DNA of 63,695 bases, the filler included, from Dugesia japonica (taxonomy: Eukaryota), in assembly GCA_001938525.1 (NCBI GenBank). It is 6 parts of 6 records of this genome, joined end to end, with 100 filler letters (N's around TTAATTAATTAA, not from the genome) between each part and the next. Parts side by side here need not be neighbours in the genome. Positions count along the whole stretch, not along the records: positions 35,258 to 44,429 come from MQRL01633452.1; positions 44,530 to 55,342 come from MQRL01602568.1; 4 more parts are not named here. One strand, written 5' to 3'. Below are positions 37,286 to 49,810 of the stretch, piece after piece. Within the stretch, counting starts at the first letter, position 1, and each line of letters opens with the position of its first letter. The notes beneath the pieces are model-generated. The model made no database searches. It saw nothing but the letters and a program-made list of their open reading frames with translations, and was not told where the DNA came from. The position numbers were made by a program, and so were the translations under genes.

Positions 37286-37949
37286 TACAGGTAAATTAAA
37301 AGTAGAGGGGAATTTTAAAAATCAATATTATTGAAACATATTTTTACATATCTCAGATTATTTTGAATATTGTGAATTGTGCTTTATTATTTTTCATTTT
37401 AATAAAAGACTNNNNNNNNNNNNNNNNNNNNNNNNNNNNNNNNNNNNNNNNNNNNNNNNNNNNNNNNNNNNNNNNNNNNNNNNNNNNNNNNNNNNNNNNN
37501 NNNNNNNNNNNNNNNNNNNNNNNNNNNNNNNNNNNNNACTAATTTGTTCACGAAGGAAACGTAAAATGACGAGGATAATTTTAAAATTCTGTCATCTTTA
37601 TATTTAATGTACTTGAAAAATTTTTGACATAATAATGATGTTATATTTTCGATGTTTTCATGAAATATTACATTATTACTCACTTGGGAATGTCAACAAT
37701 CTGGAGAAAGGGATATAACTGGTATTAAACCATTCATCAATCATATAATGAATCAAGAGAAACGTTGCATGTTCAATGTTTTAATAAGGCATTCTCAATA
37801 GTATTGAAAATTTTTGAATAAACTTTTGTGAAAATAACCATTGTATTTATAGCTGTGGTGAACTATTCATTCACGGAATTGTGGGTGTAAATTGCTCTAA
37901 TTGATCAACAATATCGTACCATTTCTTTCCAAAACTTATGAACTCCAAT

Positions 37950-40430
37950 TAACTGCCCATCAAACCCTTTTAACTTTCTTTCTGAGGAGCTACTGCTTCC
38001 GAGCTTGAAAATTTGAAAGCTGCTAATTTATTCCAAATATAAATTTCTTATTTCCGATTTAACGGCAACGCGTTGAGCTTATACGCAGGGGAAAATTACG
38101 AGGAATTAACAAAAAAAGCTGTGTTGATGAAAACAAGCTTAATCAATTCCGAAAGCACATTTGTAATAAATTCAGAAAAGTCAAAAGTAGTTGAGTGTTA
38201 CCGATGTCATAAAAATGGACACATCCAAAGATTGCAAAGTTAAATTGAATACTGAGCAAAGTAAGGGTATTCAATGTACAAACTGTGGTTACAATAATTA
38301 CACTAAAAAGAATTGCAAAAGAAATATTTAAATTGCGAGAAATGTAAACGCATGGGCCATGTATCCAAGGTTTGCAGAACCAAAACAAATTATAATAATA
38401 ATGTCGATAGAGGCACAGTTAACTTAAATTGAAAAATAAAATGTCACGGATGCAGAAAATTCGGGCACTTGAAAATATCATGTTCACAGGAACAAAATAA
38501 ACGTGGCCAAGCAATCAGCAAATATGATCAACTCAGAAGATGGTATGACGTATTTACAGCAACTGGAAATGGAAATACAGGAGGAGAGAAACAGACTACC
38601 TAAGCTAAATAATAGGGACTCGGTCTTTATTATAACAGAGGATCCCCGTCATAGATCGGAAGAATGCACAGCAATGATTGTCGAAAATGAGCAATCACGG
38701 GGTACAGACCCAGAAGTAAATCAACTAAAATCCGAGATTCTTGACAGCTGTAAAGCATAGTTAAATCCAGGAAGGATTTTCAAACTTCGTTAAAAAGGTA
38801 TTTAGAGAAGTTAGCTAGCGTTGAATTAACTGACGAAGACATAGGTAGCTTAGTGCAAATGTTATCGACAATTAAGAGTGAGAACACTTATTTTAATCCA
38901 ATCGCGGAGATTTGCCGTTAAGTAGACAACAAATTGCTACATGCTTAGGATTTGCGAAATGCTCAAGTAGTTATACATAAGCCAAAAGTGGCAGATGTAG
39001 TTATTGAAATAGATGTGCGCGAACCAGTTGCGAGGTTGGCAACACATTTAAAGAGAGTAAACGCAGAGAATTTGAACTATATTAGTTCAACGAGAAATTA
39101 GATAGAGAAAAAATGATTCTGTTATGCGGCATATTACCAAATGTGAAAACAGAGTTACAGGTTAAGGAGAAAGTAGTGGAAGTAGCCAAAATTAGCCCAG
39201 ATAGCATATTTTTTATATAATACATGGAATTGGACCAGCTCCAAGAATTCCAATCTATTCCACAGCGATTGAAGAGAGAAATCCAATCAAATCCAAGAAA
39301 TACTGAAAATATTAAAGATATTTTGAGTTGGACATTGTCATTCAACATTCCAACGAAGACATTAACGGAAATAGTACCATTATTACTACCTCTGGCTGGT
39401 ATTCTAAGTAGTTATCAAAATGAAATCTCAATGCTAATACGGTAAAATGGTCAAATAATTAGACAAGACCCAAAAAGACAAAGCTAGATCAGCAGATATC
39501 TGAAATCAAAAGATTTTCGTGTTCTTAAAAGGTGCTAAAATTGAAAATGGTTACTGGAATCATATTTCCAAGCACTTGTTTGATAGAAATTTGGGGAAAT
39601 CAAGTTGATGATGANNNNNNNNNNNNNNNNNNNNNNNNNNNNNNNNNNNNNNNNNNNNNNNNNNNNNNNNNNNNNNNNNNNNNNNNNNNNNNNNNNNNNN
39701 NNNNNNNNNNNNNNNNNNNNNNNNNNNNNNNNNNNNNNNNNNNNNNNNNNNNNNNNNNNNNNNNNNNNNNNNNNNNNNNNNNNGAGCCTCAAGTTGATGC
39801 AATATATAATTCACAAAATGTACCACGAAAAATATTTGTGGAAGAAGATATTAATCTATGTCCAATTCCAAATCAAGGAATGGAAGCAGGACGATCGCCG
39901 CCTAAAGATCCAAGAGATATAAATTAACCAAGATTTAGACCAAATAAGAAACCTAATGTTAAATCGGTAGATGAAACGGTTGCAAGAGAAATTAGAGCTT
40001 AAGTATTGGAAAATATAATCAATGATTTTGAAAATGAAACAGATTTGGTCAACGTTTCCTGAAACAGTTTGCAAAATTATGCAAATAATTCGACTTATTT
40101 AGCCAAAATTAAAAATCGATAAATCTGGAGATTAGAATATGAGTAAGCTAGCATTTTTGCTAAAATCACTCATCAAACAGTTTCACAAAACATTACCAGG
40201 TGAAAGCACAAAAAATTCAATTCACACATTAGCAAAGCAAGGAGTTACAACAGGGCAAGCTCTGACTGCCTTAGCTCTTATGATTCAAAATGCCTTAGCA
40301 AATGCAGGGAATAATGTTCGAAAATTGCAAGCAAAGATATTAAAGTTTGTACCAGTAATTAATTATAGATTTAAATCATGGATCGAGATATCCTGTGAGT
40401 GGAAAGCAGAATTATCTGAAAATAGATGAA
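37950..40430 (+). mobile_element. Decayed gag-like region with at least four CCHC zinc knuckles and further helical ORF pieces
   Basis: CYRCHKNGHI.. (38196), CTNCGYNNYTKKNC (38275), CEKCKRMGHVSKVC (38334), CHGCRKFGHLKISC (38442); downstream broken ORFs lack RT, RNase H and integrase motifs. Confidence 0.75.
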
Positions 40431-40529
40431 ATTCCATTAAATAGTGGTGAAATGCCAAGATAATTCAATCCGAGAGCATTTCAATCCACTAGATCCGGAA
40501 TAGAAAGTCCAACGCATATTTGTTTACTA

Positions 40530-41988
40530 ATTTTGATGATGTTAGAATTAATAAAACAAACTGGTAGCTTAATAGCAAACAATTGTAAAAATTTTATTCC
40601 ATCAGGTATATACTCACTTGTTGATGTGGTAGAATGCAATGAAGCCTATCCAGATAAAATAGACGTAACTAAGTCATCTGTGTATTATATCTATCAAGAG
40701 AAAGAGTATTATAGAACAAAAGTGAGGGAATGCTGAGTTCAAAAAGCAGTGTTCGAATATTATTGTGTAACGCATAGTTATGCCCCTATATTATCAGCTA
40801 AGCTCATACCATGACCGGTAAGCGTGTTACCAGAAGATTGCTTAGATGCTTTTAAAAAAGGCAAATTAAAAATTGATAGTGAAGTGACGTTAAATGCAGA
40901 AGTTTGAAAGATACTGGCAGAAGCAGTTATTAGAAGTGAAACAATCGATGAAGACGGTGATTGTAATGGTCGATTAAAAACAAGGCAGAATAATTTGGTA
41001 AATCGAGTAGTTGCTTTAGAAGACTATACAGTTGAATTAAGAGAATATGAAGGAATAGTTGAAGTGGAGACTGGAAATCTGGTGGGAAATCCACACTGCA
41101 ATTCAAAGTTTTCTACCTGTCGAACTGGGATGGCTACACTCTTATATGATGAAAGACGTGAGTTTTGTGAATTAACATTATTAAAAAAGCTATCTTTCAC
41201 GAAAATAAATGGAACCTGGCATAAAATGGAAGAAAAAGGATCCAGATTGATGGATGATCAAAAGGTAAAAAAGTTAAATAAAAATCAAGTAGTAAACATG
41301 GTTAACAATACACAAAGAAATAAAATTGAGAAGGAAAGTACTCTCGTTGTATTAGTATCAACTAATCCCAAGGATGCACTACGATTTGTCAAGAAAGCTT
41401 CCACAACGAAATGAGCTCATCTTGTCTACGAAACAAATTATAAAGGTCTATATTTGTGAAAAACGAATATTCCTAAATCAACACAATTAAACGCTAAAGA
41501 TATAAACATGAAAATTATGTAAACAACAAGATTGATTACGCCTATCATAGTTTGTTGTTTTAAATGGAGGAAATGTATCAAGAAGTAATCTTGAAGGATT
41601 GCAAATTGAGTGAAGAAATAATCGAAAATCGATTAGCTTTATCGATTGTGAATCCTGACCTTGTTACTCCAATGTTGTTAAAAAAGGAGTATTTAGAAAG
41701 ATCATTGGAGAGGCAATATACAGTTATCATTGCCCACCAGTAGATGTGTCGTTAGCTAACTTTAACCAATGTACAATAAAGTTGCCAGCTGTTTATGAAA
41801 AGAAATTGAGATTCAGGAGTATAGTAACTAATATGTTATTAAAAGAAAATGCGAAGCCACAGGAATCAGTATGTAATCCTGCAATGTCACTACTATACAA
41901 GGTTAATGATCATTGGATTTCCTTGCCTGACAAAACACCTGCATCAAAACAAGGTACAAACTTTATATATATCCTCTCTGGCAAATAA
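40530..41988 (+). pseudogene. Env-like glycoprotein of chuvirus/Monjiviricetes fusion-protein type
   Basis: Cys/motif pattern ANNC..YSLVDVVEC..YQ..VREC..YYCVTHSY..EDCLDAFKKG..DGDCNG..C..C.TG..C.LTLL..IGEAIYSYHCPPVDV..C...LP..Y..C...Y.V..HW; stops and frameshifts; TM end missing. Confidence 0.75.
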
Positions 41989-42039
41989 AATGGAATTCAA
42001 AATAAGTGACAAATTAGCTAAATCACGTTTATTTATTAC

Positions 42040-42821
42040 TTGTGCAGAAACTTTCCATTCTTTATTTCTCAAATTATTTTAACGTTCTACCCCAACACCT
42101 TTGCAGATCGATAAGGCTACTCAAACCTGTAATTGACCTTTCTTTGTTGTAGTTTAAATTATTGAAATCATAAATTCTCTAGTTGTATTGCTCTTTTATC
42201 TAACTGTCACATTATTTAGTGCCTCGTATCCAGTGTCCACGAAGTCTAAAGTGCTGTCACAAGTTATTGCGTAGTCTCATAATCGAACGTCATTATGTAA
42301 AAAAATGTGAATGAACTCTCCTACGCCATATTCAGCAAAAGAACCAACTTATTAAGAAAATGGAGTAGGTGTCAAAGAAGCAGCTTGCTATCGACAACCA
42401 AACCGCGAAAAAAATCTTTAATAAGGTCAATTTTCTGACCCAATACATAGCGGATATAANAAACCAGACAAAACTTTCTCCCTATCAGCCCATGGAACAG
42501 TGACGATGATAAAACCGGGTTTGACTTAACAGTGAACCCTTTGGTGTCTTCTTAACTGAATTATGTTGTTGCTATTTGGATATTCTCCTAAATAAATCTT
42601 ACTAGATGTCAGTCTGTAACTTTTCTTCGTGAATAAGTGAAGCGGAAGTTTGAACCCGAACCAAATGGATACGGACAGGTACTCAAACTATGTGTTATGA
42701 ATCAATGATTCCATCCTGAAAACCTAATTAAGGGACATTAGGTAAAATTTTCGCAGGGTTTCACTGAGGACCGATTTACCAGTCAACATTTTTAACACCC
42801 AACTCAGATGAGATCCAAACA
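42040..42821 (+). mobile_element. 3' part of an LTR homologous to 29948-30800
   Basis: PTPLQIDKATQT; LVPRIQCPRSLKCCHKLLRSLIIERH..LLRHIQQKNQLIKK..VNFLTQYIAD..PWNSDDD aligns with ORFs 30186-31062; ends CCAACTCAG..CCAAACA. Confidence 0.8.
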
Positions 42822-44429
42822 ATAATAATAATTATTATTATAATTTCATTGCAAAAACAAAGTAAAATAAAATAGAGTAGACTATTGCATTACTTAAGAG
42901 AAAACTTCTTTATGTTTGAAATTTTATTTTAAAAATTATCTTGTACATAAATGGTCGTAATACAAAATATCCACACCTCATCCTACAGTTTCTCAATAAT
43001 TTTTAAATTGCTCACACAAAATATCAACAATAGTATTACATTAATTTTTATTCTCGACAATATTGCTACTCATAGGCTTTTGGTCTTGAATTGTTCTAGA
43101 GAGAATACGGGCAGTCATGTATGAGGAATTACACCCATTTTATTTAAATTGATAAACAAGGTCAGAACACAAACCAATCGGTCTACGAGATTTATTACTG
43201 AACGTATCAATATTTTTATGAGGTAAATACCATTGTAAAAGGAAGGTCTTTAGCAGTTTTCAGAATTAAATACTTAAATTTTTTAAACAATCAGAAAAAG
43301 GAATTGGCAGTGACTCAAATAGTAATAAGGCTCCAAATTTTCCATCAAAATACCAGCCATTTGATCAACTTTAATNCTATTAATTGTTTACTATGTCCGT
43401 TTGTTTTCCATAAATTTTAAAAATGTTTAATACTCTTAACAAATTCTTAATGTGTTCCATTCTGTTTAGTTATAACATTCTAAAAAGACCAAAAATAATT
43501 TCTTTCTTTCTCTATAATAAATTTGAATTCTTGTTTAAATGATCACAATTTTACATTTTGTGATGACGGTTAATCAACCGTAGTAGATCACACAAAAATT
43601 AGTTAAAATTTATGAAATTTTATTTCTTCATAAATTTTCATAAAAATCTTTTAAGGAATCTCAACCATTTAGCTTTAATTTTAGTTTTCTTTTTCCATAT
43701 TGAGATAAATAATTAATTTATTTAAATTCATTTTGTTAATTTTGTTCAAGAATCATGATTGGATAAGAATGTTAATACATACATTGTGATAAGGCACACC
43801 AAATCACTCACTCATGTATATTGATTTATCAATATCAAATATCAATAGTACTAAATTAGAAACTGGAAACATTTCCAAGAAATTTTTCATTTATAAATTT
43901 AATTAGCGTTAGAGTAAAATTGAAAATCCAAGCTTATAACAATAAGACCAGAGCTTCTCATTTTCATTTTGATAAATAATATTGATTAACTGATCTGTAA
44001 AAAAGAAAATTAAAATTACGACTAAATTCTTTATTTAAGATTCACCAGAGATTTCATGCCAACTTACAATTTCCTTTAATAATTGATTTTGTAATTGAAA
44101 TCTAAATTTATTTAAATAATTTAATTTGATCAATTAATTAGATTTTTCTGATGTGAATAATTAAATTTTCTACTGTTCTTCAATTTATTTATTCACTTTA
44201 CTAAACTGGAATTTTTATTAAATAAATTGATGAAATAGTAAATTATTTTATATCTAAATTTATCTTTAAAAAAGTCCAATCAATAAATTGCCATCTGAAA
44301 CTAAATAGGGATGAATTTCTTTTAATTTCATCATGTCTCTTCTCTTGTCACGCGCATTTCAGTGATTCACAATGGTAAAATCTCAATGTCTACAATTGCC
44401 GAACGCGTGTACATTTAATTTTATATTCA

Positions 44430-44529
44430 NNNNNNNNNNNNNNNNNNNNNNNNNNNNNNNNNNNNNNNNNNNNTTAATTAATTAANNNNNNNNNNNNNNN
44501 NNNNNNNNNNNNNNNNNNNNNNNNNNNNN
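44430..44529. other. Artificial scaffold spacer
   Basis: N44-TTAATTAATTAA-N44. Confidence 0.97.
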
Positions 44530-44944
44530 TTGAGTAGAAACCTCAGAAGGTCTATAGTGATGGCATTATGGCGTTGCCAGTTAAATGGTAGTAGATCATT
44601 GAAAAAAATGGCGCATATTTGTTTTAGTATTGTTTGTTTTAAATATAATGAAGTTTTGTCTCAATTTTGAAATATTGTTTCGGCTACCCAATATTTAACT
44701 AATTAAACTAACGAAACTAATAAAAGAAGTCTAAAATTATATACCGATCAATTAAAAGAAATATGAATTACACTTCTCAATCAAAAAGATGAGATTTATT
44801 TACTCTCAATAATTTTCAAAATTGGGAACCACTGAAATACTAAAACATTCTGATGGTTAATAGTTTAGAAATTTTGTGGGTTATTATTATTTAAAATANN
44901 NNNNNNNNNNNNNNNTTTTTGTTTTTTTTATTGATATTTGATAA

Positions 44945-44981
44945 CAATTCGATATTTCGACCTTGTCTTCGTCAGGAATTG
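44945..44981 (-). ncRNA. Minimal type I hammerhead ribozyme, core intact
   Basis: CAAUUC-CUGACGA-A-GAC(AAG)GUC-GAAA-UA-UC-GAAUUG: 6-bp stem I, 3-bp stem II, palindromic AUAU stem III, AUC cleavage triplet. Confidence 0.75.
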
Positions 44982-45803
44982 ACTTTTTTTGTTATTATTA
45001 TATGGTAAAATTGAAATATTTAAACAAATGTAATATCCTTGAAACTATATACAGAATTTTTATTATTCACAAAATCGGCTGAAAACTTTTGGACAACCTA
45101 ATATTTGATTTTCTAAACTAAAGAAACATTTATTTACATTTATGTTGCTTAAATAAAGCTTATATTTTTCAAGTGAAAATAAAATTAAACTGTTTCAGCA
45201 TTACATTCAAATCGATTTCACATAATTATTATAAAATATTGGAATTTTTTATTAATTTTAGATTATTTTCTTATTAATTTCAGATTTAAAATATAAGTTT
45301 AATAATTCATTTATATATTTAATTCCCAATATAAATATTTCATAATTATTGAATTGTCTGTTTGACGTGAATTTATACAATGACTTTTTATTTTAACTGA
45401 AAATTTTAATCTCTTTTCACGAGTTTGTCGAAATCACGATAGTAAGCTTCTTCGTGTGAGCATTTTTGAAAAACTTTTAGACTTGGTTTAAAATTGTACA
45501 ACTTGAAAATACGAAAAAAAAAATGTTTTATTTAAAAATATTTATTTATTATATTTTTACATATAAATTATATTAATGAATTATAAATGTTATTAAACAT
45601 TAATGAAATTAAAATATTTTAGTTTTTGCATATATGCAATTTTTAATAAAAGTAAAAAGCTTAGGTCAAAAAAGATTTTTTCTAGTTTCTTGTAAGAATT
45701 TTAAATATTCGCCAATAGTATTCTTTATGTATTCACTTTTTACTTTTATCCATGCTANNNNNNNNNNNNNNNNNNNNNNNNNNNNNNNNNNNNNNNNNNN
45801 NNT

Positions 45804-45947
45804 TCTGACGTGCAAATCGATCGTCAGATATGAGTATAGGAGTGAAAGACTAATCGAACCATCTAGTAACCAGTTCCATCCGAAGTTTCCCTCGTTTGTT
45901 ATTGTAGTTTTACCTGATAAAGCGAATGATTAGAAATATTTGGGGTT
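45804..45947 (+). rRNA. Isolated, mutated 28S rRNA fragment (domain II)
   Basis: TCTGACGTGCAAATCG..GAAAGACTAATCGAACCATCTAGTA..CCGAAGTTTCCCTC..TAAAGCGAATGATTAGA. Confidence 0.92.
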
Positions 45948-47693
45948 TAAAACAAATATAAATAATAATAAAATATTTGAATTTTGAAAATAAACCAATA
46001 ATTGTGAAAATCACTTACTTGAGAATTACATTACTTCAAATGTTCCTATTATTTATTATTATTTTTTTGATTTGGATTTCAATTACATATTTTATTTTTT
46101 TTATTTTCTGTTTAAAACAAAATATTTAAATACTGGTTTATAGACTTTGACATTTCTCCCTAAACCAGATGACATTTATAAAACATCTACACAAAAATTT
46201 CTTAAGAAAACTATTTTCGACAAATTAGTTTTAAAATCAAATCGATTGCCAACTACCAATACAAAAAAAGCTGTTGATCGGAATTTCTTTGTTGGGTATT
46301 TTTAACTTTTTATATGTGGGAAATTTGTTTACTTTATTCTAATATAACGCACTGGACATTTCTTTCGAATTTAACTCTCAGAGGCACTCGAACACAGCGT
46401 CTATGCGTTTTTTACGAGGGAAGACTGTGGTAATTTACTTTTTCAATTTTTCGAAATCAAATCCATTGTAAATTGTCTTAAGGTATAGTTATAAATAATA
46501 ATAGTAATAGTAATAACGGTGGGAGATCAAGGAAGTTTGGGAAGAGAATCTCGCGATTAATAATAATAATAATAATAATAATTATAATAATAAGTAAAAA
46601 TTATAAAATCAGCATTAATATGAAGTCAAATATTAATATGTCGGAATTTCTGATTAGATTATTTACGTAAAATGAATATTGAAATTATTGTAAAACCGTA
46701 TTTTCTTTTGTTTTGTGCGTAAAGGCGTCTATTAATGTTAGTGTTTGGTATAAAATTTTCTTTGTCCTATTTCTGTATTTTCTAAACAATAAATTTTTTC
46801 AAAAATTCATGAAACTCTTTATGAATGATTTATGGGTATATTGTGTTATTTTGACATAAAATATTTTTGATGACAACTAATCAATACTTAATGCAGATTT
46901 TCCATTTTTTTGACAATATTATTTTTAACTACNNNNNNNNNNNNNNNNNNNNNNNNNNNNNNNNNNNNNNNNNNNNNNNNNNNNNNNNNNNNNNNNNNNN
47001 NNNNNNNCAAATTTTTCATAAATAAATAAATAATTAAAATCATGTTTTATTTTTACTTATTAACAGTTTGTATTAATATTAATTTTTATTAAAAATGAAT
47101 TATTGTTTAAAATTGATATTACAAAACAAAATAATTTATGAAAAAAATTCAAAAAATAAAATATTATGAATTACATTTTTTTAGTTAAAAATAAGTTTTT
47201 TATTAAAATGTATACTAAATTTTGTTTTAAAATTTATTTTGAACAAACCTGAATTATTTCAATTCTAAAATTTCACTACTTTCCTTTCTACTTTTTTTTA
47301 TTAAAATACAATTTGACTGGAAATTTATTTAATGTTTTAATTATTATCGATAATTTTAATATTATTTAATTATTTTATTATTTAATAATCATTTTAAGTC
47401 ATTAATGCCCAAAATAAAACTATAAGGGAAAATAATGTTTAATTACTATTTGTTTAAACAAATTGGTTTATGAAAAAAATTCAAAAAATAAAATATAACC
47501 TAGCATGCAGTAAATGAAAAAATATGTCAAAATTATATTTCATGTTTTAATACATTTTAATTATAGAAAATAATTAAAAATAGATTTATTTATATTATTA
47601 CTAAAAAACAATCTTACCTGTGTTAGATGAGTTTTGAGAACTCGGATTATCAACATCAAAATTCAACTCCATAAAATTTATTTCAAATAGAAA

Positions 47694-47815
47694 TGTTGGG
47701 CTAGAACTAAAAAAGGGCGAGAGAAAAGTGAACTGGAAATTACCGGAAATAAGGAAAATAATAGCGAAGAACGAAAGAATAATTGGGAAAGTGTGTCTGG
47801 ACCAGAGAATATTAA
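47694..47815 (+). mobile_element. Short LTR-end fragment
   Basis: TGTTGGGCTAGAAC...GGAAATTACCGG...CTGGACCAGA resembles the reverse complement of 34280-34401. Confidence 0.65.
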
Positions 47816-47852
47816 TTAAATTATCATTATCTCATTCAAAAGTTTTGATACA

Positions 47853-48958
47853 ATGGAAGTAAATAAAGCGCACATTCGTCACTGTATGATGTTCATGTTC
47901 AATCTTGGGAAAACAGTAATGGAAACAAGATAATGGATTTCGGAAGCTTCTGGAGAAGACTCTTTTGGTCTTACGACGGTCAACGACTGGTTCGCTAAGT
48001 TTAAATGGGGAGAATTCAATTTGGATGATAAGCCAAGTAGTGGAAGACTCAAAGAGACTCAAGATAATTACATCAAAAGACTCCTGGAAAAAAGATAATA
48101 CTCAGTCCACCAGAGATATTGCCAAGAAGCTTAAGATTAATCAATCAACAGTCCAAAGAAGATTACGAGCTATGGGACTGATCCTGTAGGCAACGCGATG
48201 AATTCCGCATGATCTTTCAGAAAGAAATAAGAGTGACAGATTGAAGATTTCATTATATATTCTTGCAAGACATCGTAAAAAATCTTTTCTGTGGCGAATC
48301 GTGACGGGAGACGAGAAATGGGTATATTTTGAGAACCCGGTTTGCAAAAGGTCATGGGTGAATCCTGGACAGCCATCAACATCCACTCCAAAGCAGGAAA
48401 TTCATAGGAAAAAGTTTTATTGTGCATGTAGTAGAATATTAAAGGATTACTGTTTTATGATTNNNNNNNNNNNNNNNNNNNNNNNNNNNNNNNNNNNNNN
48501 NNNNNNNNNNNNNNNNNNNNNNNNNAACCACAAAATCAAAGAATTAAGGTCATTTTCTGCCCACAGTGAGCGAAAAATCTTTTTGTTGCATGATCACACT
48601 CGGCCTCATATTGCCTCATATACAAAAAATACGATTTTGGAGCTTGGTTGGGAAGTTTTATCACATCTGACTCACCAGATCTGGCATCTTCGGATTTTCA
48701 TATCTTCCGATCCCTACAACACACTCTTGCAAACCAATTCTTTAAGAATCGTGCAGATGTCACAGAATGTATCGACGAATTCTTTGCTTCTAAAGAAAAG
48801 AATGTCTACTTTAAGGGAATTCATATGTTGCCTGAAAAATAGCGAAAGGTCATAAATTCAAATGGTGACTATTTTGAAAATTAAATGTTTATGCAAATTT
48901 TTGTAATTTTAAATAAATATTAATGCAAAAGGTCGGAAACTTATGCATCAACCTAATA
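47853..48958 (+). mobile_element. Mariner transposon, decayed
   Basis: MEVNKAHIRHCM.., IPHDLS, RIVTGDEKWVYFEN, LLHDHTRPH, SPDLASSDFHIFRSL; right TIR ...AACTTATGCATCAACCTAATA. Confidence 0.93.
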
Positions 48959-48999
48959 TAATTATAATTATTATAATTACTATGTCATCATTATAGAAA

Positions 49000-49180
49000 T
49001 ATCGAAAAGTGAAAATCGGGCATAGAAGACCCAAATTTAGGGACACAGAAATGAAAATTATATGTACGAGGAGCAAATGAATGGTTAAATAATAAAAATA
49101 AAATACGATAATATAATATTATATTAAAAGGGTCTCTACGACCCATTTTATTTATTTTAGTAACGCTAATTAGCGTTTGA

Positions 49181-49243
<63 letters not shown>

Positions 49244-49810
49244 NNNNNNNNNNNNNNNNNNNNNNNNNNNNNNNNNNNNNNNNNNNNNNNNNNNNNNNNN
49301 NNNNNTCATCGAGAAATTTGTTAATTAACGAGTTAATTAACAACAAAAACTGGTCCAGTCACCGATATCATACGATTTTCCTGGTTTTTCAAAGTGCTGA
49401 TTCACTTGGAAAACCAGACAGTAGAACAAGGATATTCTCCTGACGACACGAATGAGGAATTTCAAATTCGGTGTCAATCATGTTTGCATACAAACTAACC
49501 AACACCATGAACGAGATGAGATAAAACACCAGAATAATCAATCAATGAGAGAACGAAATTCAGAGGAGCGACTCTCAGAATTACTAGCCGATGTAGAGAT
49601 GCTTGGATTGCAGTTGATAAATAAAGATGAATATATCAAGTCATTAAAGCGTCCGCGGATAGAAGGGACTAGAATGTGCAAGGAGCTATCAAAGAGTCGG
49701 CTCGACAAGTAACTGATTGCACGATGGAGGTGGCAAAATGTCAAGCCCTAAAAGCTGGGCAATTAGAGGAAGAGGAAAAGAGACGAATCGTACGCGAATT
49801 GATGGGCATG
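49000..49810 (+). mobile_element. LTR-family fragment: cassette, (ATT)n tract and coiled-coil ORF 49452-49712
   Basis: Cassette 49018-49177; 49350-49495 homologous to 29600-29740; ORF with HVCIQTN and heptads. Confidence 0.7.

Noticed and set aside
42900-43500. Possible hAT transposase remnant on the minus strand (CNSSYMTARIL, similar to RWNSTYxM)
   Set aside because: A single weak motif, too decayed to support a call
49177-49443. Poly-Leu ORF
   Set aside because: Translation of an (ATT)n microsatellite plus an N gap
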